A stretch of 64,000 nucleotides of DNA from contig NC_042998.1 of NCBI RefSeq assembly GCF_006345805.1, positions 31,744,001 to 31,808,000 on the forward strand, written 5' to 3'. The notes below the pieces were generated by a model. It did no database searches. It saw only the letters and a program-made list of their open reading frames with translations, and was not told the DNA's origin. This DNA is from Octopus sinensis. Its lineage: Eukaryota. Both the position numbers and the translations under genes were made by a program. Of this stretch, positions 1 through 12,873 are shown piece after piece. The first letter of the stretch is position 1. Every line of letters begins with the position of its first letter.

Positions 1-190
1 TATATATATATATATATAATATATATATATATATTATATATATATATATATTATATATATATATATATATTATATATATATATATTTACATACACGTATA
101 AATGTATGCATGTACACACGTATACACACACAAACACGCTAATATGTGTATGTGTGTCTACGTGTATGGTGTGTGTGTGTGTGCATGTGG
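1..190. repeat. (TA)n microsatellite followed by (TG)n-rich compound repeat
   Basis: Directly visible TA array at 1-86, then degenerate GT/CA units. Confidence 0.95.
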
Positions 191-944
191 TTGGGCATAG
201 AACTTGAATGAAATCCGTATATGTAGCAGTTGTATACGGAAGAAAAATAATAACCTTTGTTGAAAGAATCATTACATCCTTTCGTGTGAAATTATTATAT
301 TTTCATTAGTTTAGTATTTGTTATTAATAGCATATCTTAAAAAAATTAAACCGACATATTAATATCATATTTTACACAATCAATGCAATGTATTTTTATT
401 TCATTTTCGAAAATACACAAAAAATGTACACATTTAATATGAAATGCAATTTAGTATCACAATACCATATGAAGCTAAATGCCGTTATCACAATGTTCGT
501 TCAAATTATAAAAAATATTATTTCCATTGTTTATTTAATATTATCCATTTTATGATGTTTAGATATTGTTTATATTATGTATATGTTATGTATGTTTAAA
601 TATACATAAATGGCTTCATTTTCACTGTTTTGCGACGAGTGTATAATTTGCGTGTACGAATTGAGTAAACGATATTTTCACAGAAGGAAGACACGAGTGT
701 TCCAAGAACGTTTATACAATTTTGAAATTGTTAATAGGAATATTGAATTCAATATATTTAATTCTTATGTTTCAATAATGTATAGCAATAAAGGTTTATA
801 AAAGTATAAATTATTTTATGTTATTTTAGTGAAATCCTTCATGTGACATCGCTTGATTTACGCACTCAAGTATGGCCCAATACCAAATGCATTTAGCAAC
901 GTTGCCATATATGGTAATGTGATAGATACATACAAATACACGCA

Positions 945-991
945 CGTACACGCATACACACATATACACATATGCATACGAGCACACATGC

Positions 992-1030
<39 letters not shown>

Positions 1031-1080
1031 TACAGGTATACTTATGTATATATATGTATACTTGCATGTACACCTCTATA

Positions 1081-1125
<45 letters not shown>

Positions 1126-1143
1126 GTATATATATATGTATAT

Positions 1144-1177
<34 letters not shown>

Positions 1178-1356
1178 ATATGTATATATATATGTATATG
1201 TATATATATATAATATATATATATATATAAATACACAAATACACATATACATATATATACATATATATATGTACTTGTGTGCATATATGTATGTATGTAT
1301 GTATATATATCTATATATATATACATATATAATATATATATATAATATATATATAG

Positions 1357-1389
<33 letters not shown>

Positions 1390-1556
1390 GTACGTATGCA
1401 TAAGCATATGTATAAATATATATATATAATGTATAGATTTAAATATATATGTATACATAGATACACGCATACATATATAATTAAGTCTATACACACACAC
1501 GCACTCACACACATATATATGTATACAAATACACACACACACACACACGTACACGT
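945..1556. repeat. Compound (TA)n/(TATG)n/(CA)n microsatellite
   Basis: Directly visible; explains the YI/HT ORFs in the track. Confidence 0.95.
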
Positions 1557-1662
1557 ATCTGAGTTCTTATGGATATGAGTCGATGTTTATTTTTATATGC
1601 CTATTTCAATAAGTAATGTTACAGTATATTGATGTGCATTTGTGAATTTCTTTTCATTGCAG

Positions 1663-1816
1663 CTAAGGGATTTTCAAATGTGGCTTCTATTAATTTCCGG
1701 TTCGTAGCAGAATTGAAATATAACACTGCAACTATATTGGAGCACAGAGCTTTATTTAACTCTAGTGTCATAATGTCTTCATAAATCTCAGAGTCAAGAA
1801 CAAGTCGGGGAAAATG
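1663..1816 (+). other. Exon-like cassette, possible pseudo-exon with weak integrin-alpha thigh-domain resemblance
   Basis: Acceptor tttcttttcattgcag|, donor aatg|gtgagc; phase-1 frame AKGFSNVASINFRFVAELKYNTATILEHRALFNSSVIMSS*ISESRTSRGK contains one in-frame stop. Confidence 0.25.
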
Positions 1817-2423
1817 GTGAGCTGCAGATAAAATCAAATATTCCTGTATCTCCTTTGGGCAATAGAAAGAATGGAGCATATAAGTGAGGTTAATACAGTT
1901 TTCTGCTAAACCAAGCCCTTAACATCATAAGTTAAGTTTTCTTACAATAAATTCATACACACACACATACACACACACGCAGGACAATGTGTTTCAGAAC
2001 GAGCAGCGTTAATATATATATATATTCATTTATTTGAAATTCTACCAGGTATTTCCTTCATAACTGGAACACCTTATGCTATAGCGAAAGTTTATTTAAA
2101 TGTTGTGCAACTTTGCTAGTTGTTCCCCTTCTTGTATGATAAATGTGTATATCCTTATATGTGAAATATCATTATTTCTAATTCTCTCAAAAGGAGACTA
2201 CCGCAGCAGTACTGGGTATTAATAGTTATCACCAAGCTAAAATGGCAGTCCAAGAAAATAGGACGAATGCTGCTATTGATTAGCTCCAAGAGGCCATCGC
2301 CTCTAGCTAGCTATGTGGCACACAAACCTGTGTCCATTATAACCTTCGAACAGGGGAGGTCAGCAGCTTTCCCTTGCTGGTTTGGCGTCCAAACTAGTTT
2401 CGAGGTAGTTGCCTCCTATCATT

Positions 2424-2481
2424 GACGAAATAACACTAAGCATTTCGCCCGGCGTGCTAACGTTTCTGCCAGCTCGCCGCC
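2424..2481 (-). mobile_element. SINE family A, 5' head fragment only
   Basis: Reverse complement ggcggcgagctggcagaaacgttagcacgccgggcgaaatgcttag matches the heads at 10240, 19822, 29990 and 58440. Confidence 0.85.
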
Positions 2482-3253
2482 ACTTTAACACACACGATAT
2501 TGAAAGCACAACGAACGATATGCATATTTCAATTTTTCAGGAACATTTGCATTAATTCAAATGCAACAACAACCCACAATATAAATGCGTGTGAGTGTAT
2601 TTCAGTGTAACAAAATATTTACCGTTTCAGAAACGTTTTGCTAAACTGCAGCGCATTTTTGGTTAAGCGTTGTGAACTAATCCTCGCGGTGCATTCTTTT
2701 GGTTCCTAAGTTGCTGATAACCTCTAAGAGCCGGCTTGAAGTTTGAAGGTTATGGATTAGCCAATTAAATGAACTACAATAGTTGATTGCTGTGTAATTT
2801 TGCGGCGCCTGTGGAATAAAACACAAACATAGCCATAACAATTTGAACCCAGAACGAAAAGACCCAACAGGACTATCACACGGTATTTCGCCCGATGTTT
2901 CTAATCACTTGGATATCCACATTCTATTTGTAGGTTACCAATCATGGCTGAAAATAGTAAAGTCAAGTGGGTGTAAATTAGATCAAAACAATTTCTCTTC
3001 CTAATGAAGTCGACATCTATGATCGCACTTGCAACTCGATGAATTAACAATAAGACAATTCAATATGTGACTTTACTAACTATCACATTATTGATTTTTC
3101 ATTATTTTATATCTAAATATTGACTTCACTTTTACATATCATAAATTGGTTTTATTCATACAATTAGCAAGATTCAAAGTCGTTTATCATACATGAAAAA
3201 CATATCAACTGGACTGGCAAACATACGCTGTCTTGAGTTTCAACAGCTTAGAA

Positions 3254-3270
3254 CTACTACTACTACTAAG

Positions 3271-3318
<48 letters not shown>

Positions 3319-3338
3319 GCTGCTTGCTGCTGCTGCTG

Positions 3339-3374
<36 letters not shown>

Positions 3375-3424
3375 TTATTATTATTACTATTATTATTATT
3401 ACTATTATTATTATTATCGTTATT
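3254..3424. repeat. Compound trinucleotide repeat (CTA)n-(CTG)n-(CTA)n-(TTA)n
   Basis: Directly visible. Confidence 0.95.
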
Positions 3425-3568
3425 ATCATACATACAAACACGCATATATGCATGATTCGGCATATATATCGCTGATCGTGCTTATTAGCTTTGTAGCCTC
3501 CAGCAAGTAACTGGCTATCGATATACACTAGAATATATCAAATTGCCCTTGCTCATTCACCATCATTC

Positions 3569-3624
<56 letters not shown>

Positions 3625-5094
3625 CACACACACTTATTTATATAATATAATTGTGAGTGACTGTGTGCCAGTGTGTGGCGACAAGGGTTTTCTTCAAATC
3701 GATTGACGATTTTATCTTTACGTCGACTTAATGATGCATTAAATGCAGTTAGTTCGTTATTCGCGAGGTGTTGCATAAGGATTATTTGCCATTCGTGTGT
3801 TAGCTTACTTTGCGGTATTAAGTTTAGTAAAGAATATAGAAGCAAGTTAAGAGAAATATTTGTTAAATGTTGAACTGTTGCTTGGGAGAGAGTGAAATTT
3901 TGAGGAAATTTAAAGTAATTCGTAGAATTGTCTTAATATATATCTACGCAGAGATTAATTTTTTTTAATATATTATTTAATCTAGTTTTGGGTCAAGTTG
4001 TCCTACATAATAGTGTATTAGTGTGTACAACGTCACTTCCGTTATGGACGTCGGCTCATGGTTTACTAACGGTGTTTTGCTAGTGAGCAGCAGTTTAGTT
4101 AAAAAGTTTCTGCTTTCGCTAATTACTTTGAGCAAGTGAACTCTATGCTTTTTTTTATATAATGAATACTTTCATGACGAATTTTTTTTGTTTTAGTCCA
4201 TTCTAGATTTTTTGATTTTTAGTCGAATATTGTTTCAAATATTGGTTCTGTAATTACAGTTTACATATAATTGTTATAGGTCTACATTGATTGATTTTCA
4301 AGTCATAGGCGATTAATGCTTGACAGTGAAAATTATATCATTCGTCTTCATTATATTTTCGTGTTTTAATTAAATGTTATAGCAATGTCTATTGTTTAAT
4401 GTTATTTAATTAATTCAAGTGTTTATAATAGTTCTAGGTTTATTTGTCCGTAGGTTACCATTATTTTCTGTTTTATGTATTAGTATCGTGTGCTTTTGAC
4501 AATGCTCAATAAACTTTTTTAAAATTCGTTTAAGGCTCTAATTCCTTGGTTCTGATTTTCAAAAACTGTAATTCTCGTAGAGGTTGGGGGATAATATACA
4601 TTTTAAGTATAGCCTTCTGTTCTCTGAGTTACATTTTGAATTTTCTGTGCTTCGTAGATATAGGTATGATACGATATATGTTCGGGCATTAATGCTTGTA
4701 TTTGTAAGAATACGCGGGTTGAAACATAATGGATATATTGCGCTAATGTTTTGCTCTTCCTTCTTTTAATTAATCCCCAAGCAGCGTTTATATATGTAAC
4801 TCTGTTAAGACCGTCGTGTTGAATAATATGGCTAAGGTGTCAAAACTATAGTGATATCTGTAAGGTAGCTGACGAGGGATATATATCTTTGATGTACTTC
4901 GTGACTGTGAACCTTTGTATCTTGTGTTCTCGCAATTCTGTATTTACGTTGGGGATCTTAGTCTATGATATATTGATTCCAATTCTGGTAAGAGTATTAC
5001 GTGTTTCAGCCAAAGATTGGCTGTGTCATTTGTAACTTAATGGCTCCATTGACAGGATCTGTTCAGCAATTTTTAAGTTTCATGGTGCCATTGC

Positions 5095-5250
5095 CCGTTC
5101 AAGTAAGACGTTGTTGATTGAAATATATCCAGATATAACTGGCTCATCTGGTATCTCTGTTCCGGTTTAGTTTGAAGATAATGAGATCTTTTTCTTCTAT
5201 GCTTTTATTTAGGGATAACGTTAAATAGAGCAAGGCTCGTTGAGGAAAAA
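5095..5250 (-). mobile_element. CR1/L2-like LINE ORF2 C-terminal remnant
   Basis: Frameshifted motifs LFNVIPK, EKDLIIFKL and EIPDEPVISGY, resembling the LFNxLP...FK..LD.FL..IPDEP end of CR1-group ORF2. Confidence 0.6.
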
Positions 5251-5686
5251 GAAATTGTATTGCATTTGTATCATGAGCCATGGATGAATTTTGAATCTAA
5301 CGTGAATGTAGTTTCAGCAATACTGATGGTATACTTTTCACATTATGCAAATGATGTGGTGCTCACAGCAGTACTGGAGAGAATAAGCTTTCAATGTTCT
5401 AAGAAAGTTTCAATAGTCAAGATCAGTCATGCCTTTTATTTGTTTAGCGAAGGCTCTCTGGGGTGTTTTGTTCGGTATTGGGAAACCACAGGCGTCAGCT
5501 GCATTCTAGATGTGGCAGTACAAAGGAGGAGGAGAAACGGAGGAGGAGGAGGAGAGAGGGGAATGATGATGTTTATGGCATTTTGCATTCGGGACAGAAA
5601 CTTCGCAGTATCCAAGTGCTTATTTTGCAATCCATATCAACTGAATTGTTGATGTGAGGACTTCAACATATATTTTTGTCGACAAT

Positions 5687-6003
5687 GCATGGCTGTGCGG
5701 TAAGAAGTTTGCTTCCCAACAGATGGTTCCGGGTTCAGTCCCACTGCGTTGCACCTCGGGCAAGTGTAAACTATAGCCTCAGGCCGACCAAGCCTTGTGA
5801 GTGGATTTGGTAGACAGAAACTGAAAGAAGTCCATCGTATATATATGTATTTATGTGTGTGTGTGTGTATATACTTGCGTGTTTGTGTTAGTCCCCTTCC
5901 GCACAATCGCTTGACAACCGATGTTGGTGTTTACGTCCCCGTAACTTGGCAGTTCAGCAAAAGAACGGTTAAGTTAAGAACTAGGCTTACAATGAATAAG
6001 TCC
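5687..6003 (+). mobile_element. SINE family B (tRNA head, CORE-like body, internal microsatellite), 3'-truncated
   Basis: A box tggctgtgcggtaag, B box gggttcagtccc; colinear with the full copy at 16474-16887. Confidence 0.9.
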
Positions 6004-6483
6004 ATATTATTGGATGACGTAACTGGTTCCACTGAAAGAAGAGAATGTGGTTGTTTGAGCTCATTCTTGTTTGCAAAGTGCATCAGTTCAAATTTTCCAT
6101 AAGCTTTGAGGAGACTTTTGCTGTCTCTGCCACTAGTCTTGTATGTTCTGTAACGAAACATGTGTACTAATGTTCAACCTGACTGAAGATAAACAAAGAA
6201 AGCCAATTCACTGTATAGTAAAAAGCACGCAAAACTATTGTTTCTGGTTTCAAATACACATTGATCATTGTGTATACATCTCCGCATCACTCACAACGTT
6301 TAATCGTTGTTTAGAGGCAGGCAGCTCCCATTTGCCTGCCAAATGGCTTTCTTTACTTTTCTCATTATACCTTCTTGCTTCTCCAATCTATACAATGTTA
6401 ATATCTAAAACTGTAATATTATATAATAATCTGTGAAGAATTGCGCCTTGAGCAATATATACACCTTTGCCAGATCCAATTAT

Positions 6484-6519
6484 ACATACATACATTATAT
6501 ACATACATACATATATATG

Positions 6520-6592
<73 letters not shown>

Positions 6593-6940
6593 CATACATA
6601 CATATATACACATCACTCACAAACACACACACACATATATATATGCATATATATGTATATAGAAAGAGAGAGAGAGAAAAAGAGAAAGAGATAGATATAG
6701 ACAGAGAGGTGCATACATGTATACATATAGAAAGGTATATATTTAAATATATATGCATGTATGTGTGTATGTCTCTCTCTCTCTCTCTATCTATCTATAT
6801 ATCTATATATATATATATATATATACTAAGTACACACACAAGCACATACATATATATATGTATATACATATCTGTGTGTGTATGCATGTGTGTGTGTGTG
6901 TTTGTGTGTTTGTGTGTATGTGTGTGTGCGTGTGTATAAG
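6484..6940. repeat. Compound (TA)n/(CA)n/(GA)n/(CT)n/(GT)n microsatellite
   Basis: Directly visible. Confidence 0.95.
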
Positions 6941-7199
6941 TAGCGACATGGTTTTACAGCAAAATACACAAACAACATGTTTCATGACGCATGTAGGAAA
7001 AAAAGCTATAATTTGGATGAAGAAATCTATTAAATAAAATAATGAATTCGACGTTTCCATCCCCAACAGACATAAACAAACCTAAAAGAGCCAATAAAGT
7101 TTTCATGACAAACCAATAACTGCATATCTCGCTACGATCGCTCCTCTGCCTAAAAATAGTAGTTTCCATTGAAATATTACTCTTTATATAAAAATATCG

Positions 7200-7562
7200 T
7201 GGCACTCCGTCGGTTACGACGACGAAGGTTCCAGTTGATCCGATCGACGGAACAGCCTGCTCGTGAAATTAACGCGCAAGTGGTTGAGGACTCCACAGAC
7301 ACGTGTACCCTTAACTTAGTTCTCGGGTGGGGGGGGGATTCAGCGTGACACAGAGTGTGATAAGGCTGGCCCCTTTGAAATACAGGTACAGCAGAAACAA
7401 GAAGTTTGAGAAATCTGTGGTGAAAGCTTACGGCAGGGTTCCCCACCACCCCCGACCGGAGCTTCGTGGAGCGTTAAGTGTTTTCGCTCTATAAACATTC
7501 GGAACACCCGGTCTCGGAATCGAAACTGCGATTCTATGAATGACCGTGAGTCCGCTGCCTCC
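7200..7562 (-). mobile_element. SINE family C (tRNA-like head at the right end, GC-rich LINE-like tail at the left)
   Basis: Minus strand has B-box-like gtttcgattcc near 7515-7525; tail ggcactccgtcggttacgacgacg... is a repeat I recall from Octopus; related head at 36865. Confidence 0.7.
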
Positions 7563-7744
7563 AGGCATAAAACATGTCACAGTCTTCAAAAAAAAAAAAA
7601 AAAGAAAATGGACGCATCGGATAGTTTAGGCCGGGGTAGAAATATGCCGTGTGTAAGGGATGAGATATGATGGTTCGATTCTTTGTTGTCGTTGTTTAAA
7701 ATGTGTTGGCAGTTAATCCCAGACCGAACATATTTTGTGATAAA

Positions 7745-8028
7745 TTAGCTAATCGTCATCACCGTTGTCGCCGACATCGTCGTTGTCGTCGTCAATGTCG
7801 TCATCGTTGTCGTCGTCGTCGTCCTCCTCCTCCTCCTTATGATCATTATCACGATCATTATCACGATCATTATCATCGTCCTCTTCTTCGTTGTCGTCTT
7901 CGTCATTGCCATCGTTTCATCGTCGTCGTCGTCGTCGTCATCATCATCATCATCAGAAATAACATGATCACCAACAGCAGTAATAACAACATGAGCACCA
8001 ACAGCAATAATAACTTCATCATCGTCAC

Positions 8029-8086
<58 letters not shown>

Positions 8087-8112
8087 AGCTACAACAAACT
8101 ACAACAACAAGC
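7745..8112. repeat. Mosaic (GTC)/(CCT)/(ATC)/(AAC) trinucleotide repeat
   Basis: Directly visible; produces the low-complexity 183-aa ORF. Confidence 0.9.
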
Positions 8113-8769
8113 ACTCATTCAAATTCTAAAAATCCTTTCAGTCGTTGCTTTTGGGCTAGGAAATAAGGAAGTTGCGGCAGATCAGCCTGAAGGAAAACAA
8201 CGATTACGTAAGAAACAATTCACCCAACGAATATTACAAACACGTCAGTTGTGAAACTGCTGAGAAACAATATCAAAGCCACAAAATTATATTTAATATC
8301 ATTAACTAATGTTACACTACGACCTTTATATCGCAGAAAAACACACAAAAGAAAAACATGCACAACGTAAATATCAAACATGTCGGAAAGCATAAATCAC
8401 AAAAGTGTGTTATCTACTGAAACTGGTTTTGTAGCAGAAACTTGATGTTAATCGACGCGAGGAAGTCCTAACAGGCGTAATGAATCACTTGTTGCGTACA
8501 GTAATGACCATGTAATATAGATAAAGCGGCAAGTTGAGCATTGTAATATAATTTTTAGAACATTTTACAAATATAAGCTAATCCAAAGGAGCCGATAAAG
8601 GCATTTTTATATGTAACCTACATAGTGTAAAGGCTATATAGACTAATTAAGCTGTTTCTCCGTTGATTAAAAATGTGATGAACAACCTTAATCGACTTTC
8701 AGATGTTATTGGATTCCCTTCGGAGTCGTCTACATCAATTTGACTAATCAGAGAAAAACAAGCAGCCAG

Positions 8770-9420
8770 AAAAACAGCAGTTACAGTGGCTACAGAAAGC
8801 TGGAGCTGAACTTACTCAAACGACTTCGCCACCGTCTTTGAGGAAGGCGAGAATCAACCAGAGTGCTCAGGGCTAAACAGAGCGTATTGACCCGGAAGTA
8901 TTAATACAATGTGATGAAAAATGGTGTTGACCCAAAGTGCCGATACTGCAACGATGGGATAGAAACAGTCGACCACCCAGTCTCTGGATGTAAGGTTTTA
9001 GCACCAGTAGAGTTCAAATCAAGACATGACAGAGTTGGTCAATATCTACATTATAAAATTAAAACTGCTGACAAACGGTACAAGCACCCTGAGGCTGTAA
9101 CTGAGGGAGAAAATGTAACTATACTTTGGGACTCCCCAGTACGTACAGATCGGGCCATCAAGGCAAATAAATCAGATGTTTTTGTGAAAGAGAAAAGAAA
9201 TAAAGTCTCTTTATTGATTGATATGGGAATACCCTGTGATCAGAATGTCTCGGCAAAAGAATTTGAATTGAAATCAAAAAGATGTGGCATCTCAAAGAAG
9301 GTTACAATACCAGTGATTGTAGGAAAACCGGGAATGGTCAAAAAAGGAACTGAAAATTATTTAAGAATTATCCCTGGTTTACCATCCATACAGGTACTGA
9401 CAAGAGCATTGTCGCTGTAA
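8770..9420 (+). mobile_element. RLE-type non-LTR retrotransposon (R4/Dong-like) C-terminal fragment: CCHC knuckle plus restriction-like endonuclease
   Basis: ORF 8911-9420: CRYC...ETVDHPVSGC (CCHC), RHDRV, ILWDSPVRTDRAIKANKSD (PD position mutated), LIDMGIP, IPVIVG; upstream QQLQWLQKAG remnant. Confidence 0.9.
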
Positions 9421-9649
9421 ATTTTCTTTCCTTTCCACCCTTTTATTTTATTTGTTTACTTTTGTATCTTGATTTTTTTTTTTTTCTCTCTGTCTTCCCC
9501 CTGTTTTCTATCACATGACTCTGTAAATGAACAATCTGGTGTGCTTGTTTTAATGGCCTGCCAATGTATACAGTACGTTTCTCTGTCCTAGGTGTCAGGA
9601 GGACAGTCGGCAAGAAATGGAATTGGAATTGAAAGAAGATGCTAATGAA

Positions 9650-9732
9650 AACGATGATGATGTAGATGATAATGATGATGATGATGATAATGATGATGAT
9701 GATGATGATGATAATAATAATCATAATAATAA
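9650..9732. repeat. (GAT)n/(AAT)n microsatellite
   Basis: Directly visible. Confidence 0.95.
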
Positions 9733-10021
9733 ATGTATTACGGATTACATTCAGTTAGAGAGATACGATGTAATTAAAAAGCATTTTATGCAAAACTAAA
9801 CTGTAGAACAAAACTATTCTAAACACTGCAGTAATTTCATGAATTTTGCATGCAAAACATTTCAACCCAAACTGTTCAGTTCTTACTAATATTTAAAATA
9901 TATATACAATTTCCTTCGCAATTATGTATAGTTATCTGTCGACTTTATACACTCTCATTCACACACGTGCAAACACATATACACGAACGCGCGTGCTAAT
10001 AACGAGCTACAATAATATATA

Positions 10022-10240
10022 TATTTCTTTACTGCCCACAAGGGGCTAAACATAGAGGAGACAAACAAGGACAAAGTCGATTACATCGACCCCACTGCGA
10101 AATTGGTACTTTATTTATCGACCCCGAAAGGATGAAAGGCAAAGTGGACCTCGGCGGAATTTGAACTCAGGACGTAACGACAGACGAAATACTGCTAAGC
10201 ATTTCGTCCGGCGCGCTAACGTTTCTGCCAGCTCGCCGCC
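10022..10240 (-). mobile_element. SINE family A, full length (tRNA head, Meta/MESC-like core, gtttgtcccctct...aaagaaata tail)
   Basis: B box gagttcaaattcc and core tttgcctttcatcctttcggggtcgataaa on the minus strand; high identity to other copies. Confidence 0.92.
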
Positions 10241-11176
10241 TTAACCCCTTCTTTCGATATATAAATATAACGTTGTGAATACGATACCAAAGGTTTCATC
10301 CGAATACATTCGCATAAAGCTATTGCTATCATATTCATATAACTCTAATACTAAAAGTATATAGCTGTATTGAGTTACGTACGAACTCATGTGGAACACG
10401 AGAACTTATTGGATCTCCAGTCAAGCATATTAATGAAACTATTCGAATACACCTGACAGAACTAGACCATAATATGTGATATACTGTGCCTGGAATTTAA
10501 AGAATGGATGTTACTTCAATTTAAACTTCGTTGCAATATCGTCGCCCTTGACTTCAATACACGGCAAGTCATGAATAACAGAAAAATATATATTTCGAGT
10601 TATCGAAAAATATATAATCGAATTATCGTAGAATAAAATATTCAAACATAGGCTGAAGCTAGCATTTGTATAAAGTAAATATAATGAATGTGATTTATAC
10701 TTATTTTTGAAAGTAACGTTAAAGTTTACTTGAATTATCAACCATAAACAGCTCAAAATAAATAATAAGCGCATGGTTTAATGAATACGAAAGAGTATAG
10801 ACGAATGCGTTTTACGGGGGAAATACATCCAAATCCAAAATGAGCAGCTTTAAGAGAAAACAACTAGAATTCATATTGATTTATCGGAACAATAATTCAC
10901 TGAAATCATGAAACTGAACAGACGGAGTGATCAGAAATTAAGCGTTTCCCTCGATCAGTGGGAGCAAATGATATTCTCCGTTTATTGTTTTAGCAAATTT
11001 GATCCATCAACTCAGTAAACACGCTGTGATAATAAAGGTATCAATTTTGGAAAAATTACTGGTGTTTATAAGAAAATGGAAAGGATGAAATAACGATAAT
11101 CCTCAAAGAATAAATGAATATCGTATATATTGATATCCGGTTGAAAGAGTTATCTGCGTTAAAGAGTATCTGTGTT

Positions 11177-11210
11177 AAAACACACACACACACACACAAA
11201 TAATGAATAA

Positions 11211-11281
<71 letters not shown>

Positions 11282-11291
11282 TATTATATAT

Positions 11292-11339
<48 letters not shown>

Positions 11340-11341
11340 TA

Positions 11342-11379
<38 letters not shown>

Positions 11380-11545
11380 TACACACATATATATATATAT
11401 AAATATGTATGTTTGTGTGTGTATGCATGTACAAACATAAACACGCACAACACACACAAGCACATACATATATACACATATATCTACATAATCTACATAT
11501 ATAAGCATATATACGTGTGTGCAACTATATGTATGTGTGAGTGAG
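11177..11545. repeat. Compound (CA)n/(TA)n microsatellite
   Basis: Directly visible. Confidence 0.95.
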
Positions 11546-11919
11546 TGAGTAAGGTTATACTGTATAAGTTTGTGAATTGTAAGGATTTCAACAAGAATTA
11601 TATTTTACATGTTATTTTAAAATGTGGAAGAATGATTAAGTAGGAATTTCGAAAGCATCTCATGCTGAAATCAGAATCCACTTCGGTTAAGAATATAATG
11701 TAGTCAATATTTGATTCTTCGTAGATTATGTCTATGTGAAATATTCGCTTAATCTATTTTATACAGTCTTTCAGAGGCAGTAATCAATAGAAGCAATTTG
11801 ACACTTAGTGTATTTATTTTCGCGTCGGATTCATTTCATTTCCCGCAGCTAATAGTTGGTTACTTCTACGCAGCCGAAGTAATAACCAGTGGGGGTAAGA
11901 AATATTTATTTGAATTCCA

Positions 11920-12010
11920 TTATGGAATATGATAATTTTCTGGGTATTGATTTCTCTGAAGTTTTCGACAAAATAAGAGCGCTGTTTTGCATCATATATC
12001 ATTTTGATAG
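11920..12010 (+). mobile_element. Possible LINE reverse-transcriptase remnant
   Basis: FLGIDFSEVFDKI resembles the RT motif (L/I)DFSKAFD(K/S)V; no further motifs seen. Confidence 0.35.
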
Positions 12011-12804
12011 GACTATTATTAAGTCTAGGTATATCTCATATAAAATATTAGAGCCGCTGAAGAGCTCGCATGCTTATACTACTTCGCCATCTTTAAGGGA
12101 GGACGAGAGAAGTAGGAAAATAACTACTTGTAACTGATGTGTACGACTGGATGGAGCATTACTGGATCTAAAACAGTTGGTGAATGCTCTTTTCTGTAGT
12201 TTTATAGTCATTTGATTGGAAAAATATAAGAATAATAATATTCTGAATTGCTGTTATACGCTTCAGGATTTTCATATTAGAAATCAATGTAGAATAGTAC
12301 TTGCGTTTAAACACTATACAAATACACAAATGCCTATATATTTATATATACATACACACAAATATACATGTATATATACATATGTTTTCTGCAAATTTGA
12401 ACCACACACACACACACACACAACGAATGGGGGATGGAAGGGACAGTTAGAAGCATTAGCAATAAAACCAGTGAATGGATTAGGACCTGAAGATGCTAAT
12501 GGAAACCGGCATTACAATAAATTAATGGTGGCAATTTCAGCGACAATATCAGTGCCAGATGATTAGCTCTTTCTTTTCTCGTGGAAAGCAGTTAAGGAAA
12601 TACCTGTGTGGTAAACACACACGCACACAAACACATACGCGCACACACACACACTAGATATTTATGCTGCACTGGATAATTGCCAAGTCAAAGAGGTATC
12701 TTCGATGTGATCGCTCCTCCTGTAAGAAACAAAGAAAAAGTCTCCCCAATAATCATCTTACTGTCCAGGGAAAATATGCATTGGATTTATGAGAAGCCCA
12801 TTCG

Positions 12805-12873
<69 letters not shown>

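Noticed and set aside
5687-5760. tRNA genes at SINE heads
   Set aside because: A/B boxes continue into SINE bodies; no cloverleaf or acceptor stem.
7703-8254. 183-aa ORF with His/Arg/Pro/Ile runs
   Set aside because: Built on GTC/ATC/AAC trinucleotide arrays; no domain or splice context.
12722-12764. 42-nt GT-AG mini-intron on the minus strand (a similar one lies at 36730-36771 on plus)
   Set aside because: Probably too short for splicing; flanking frames are closed or microsatellite-derived.
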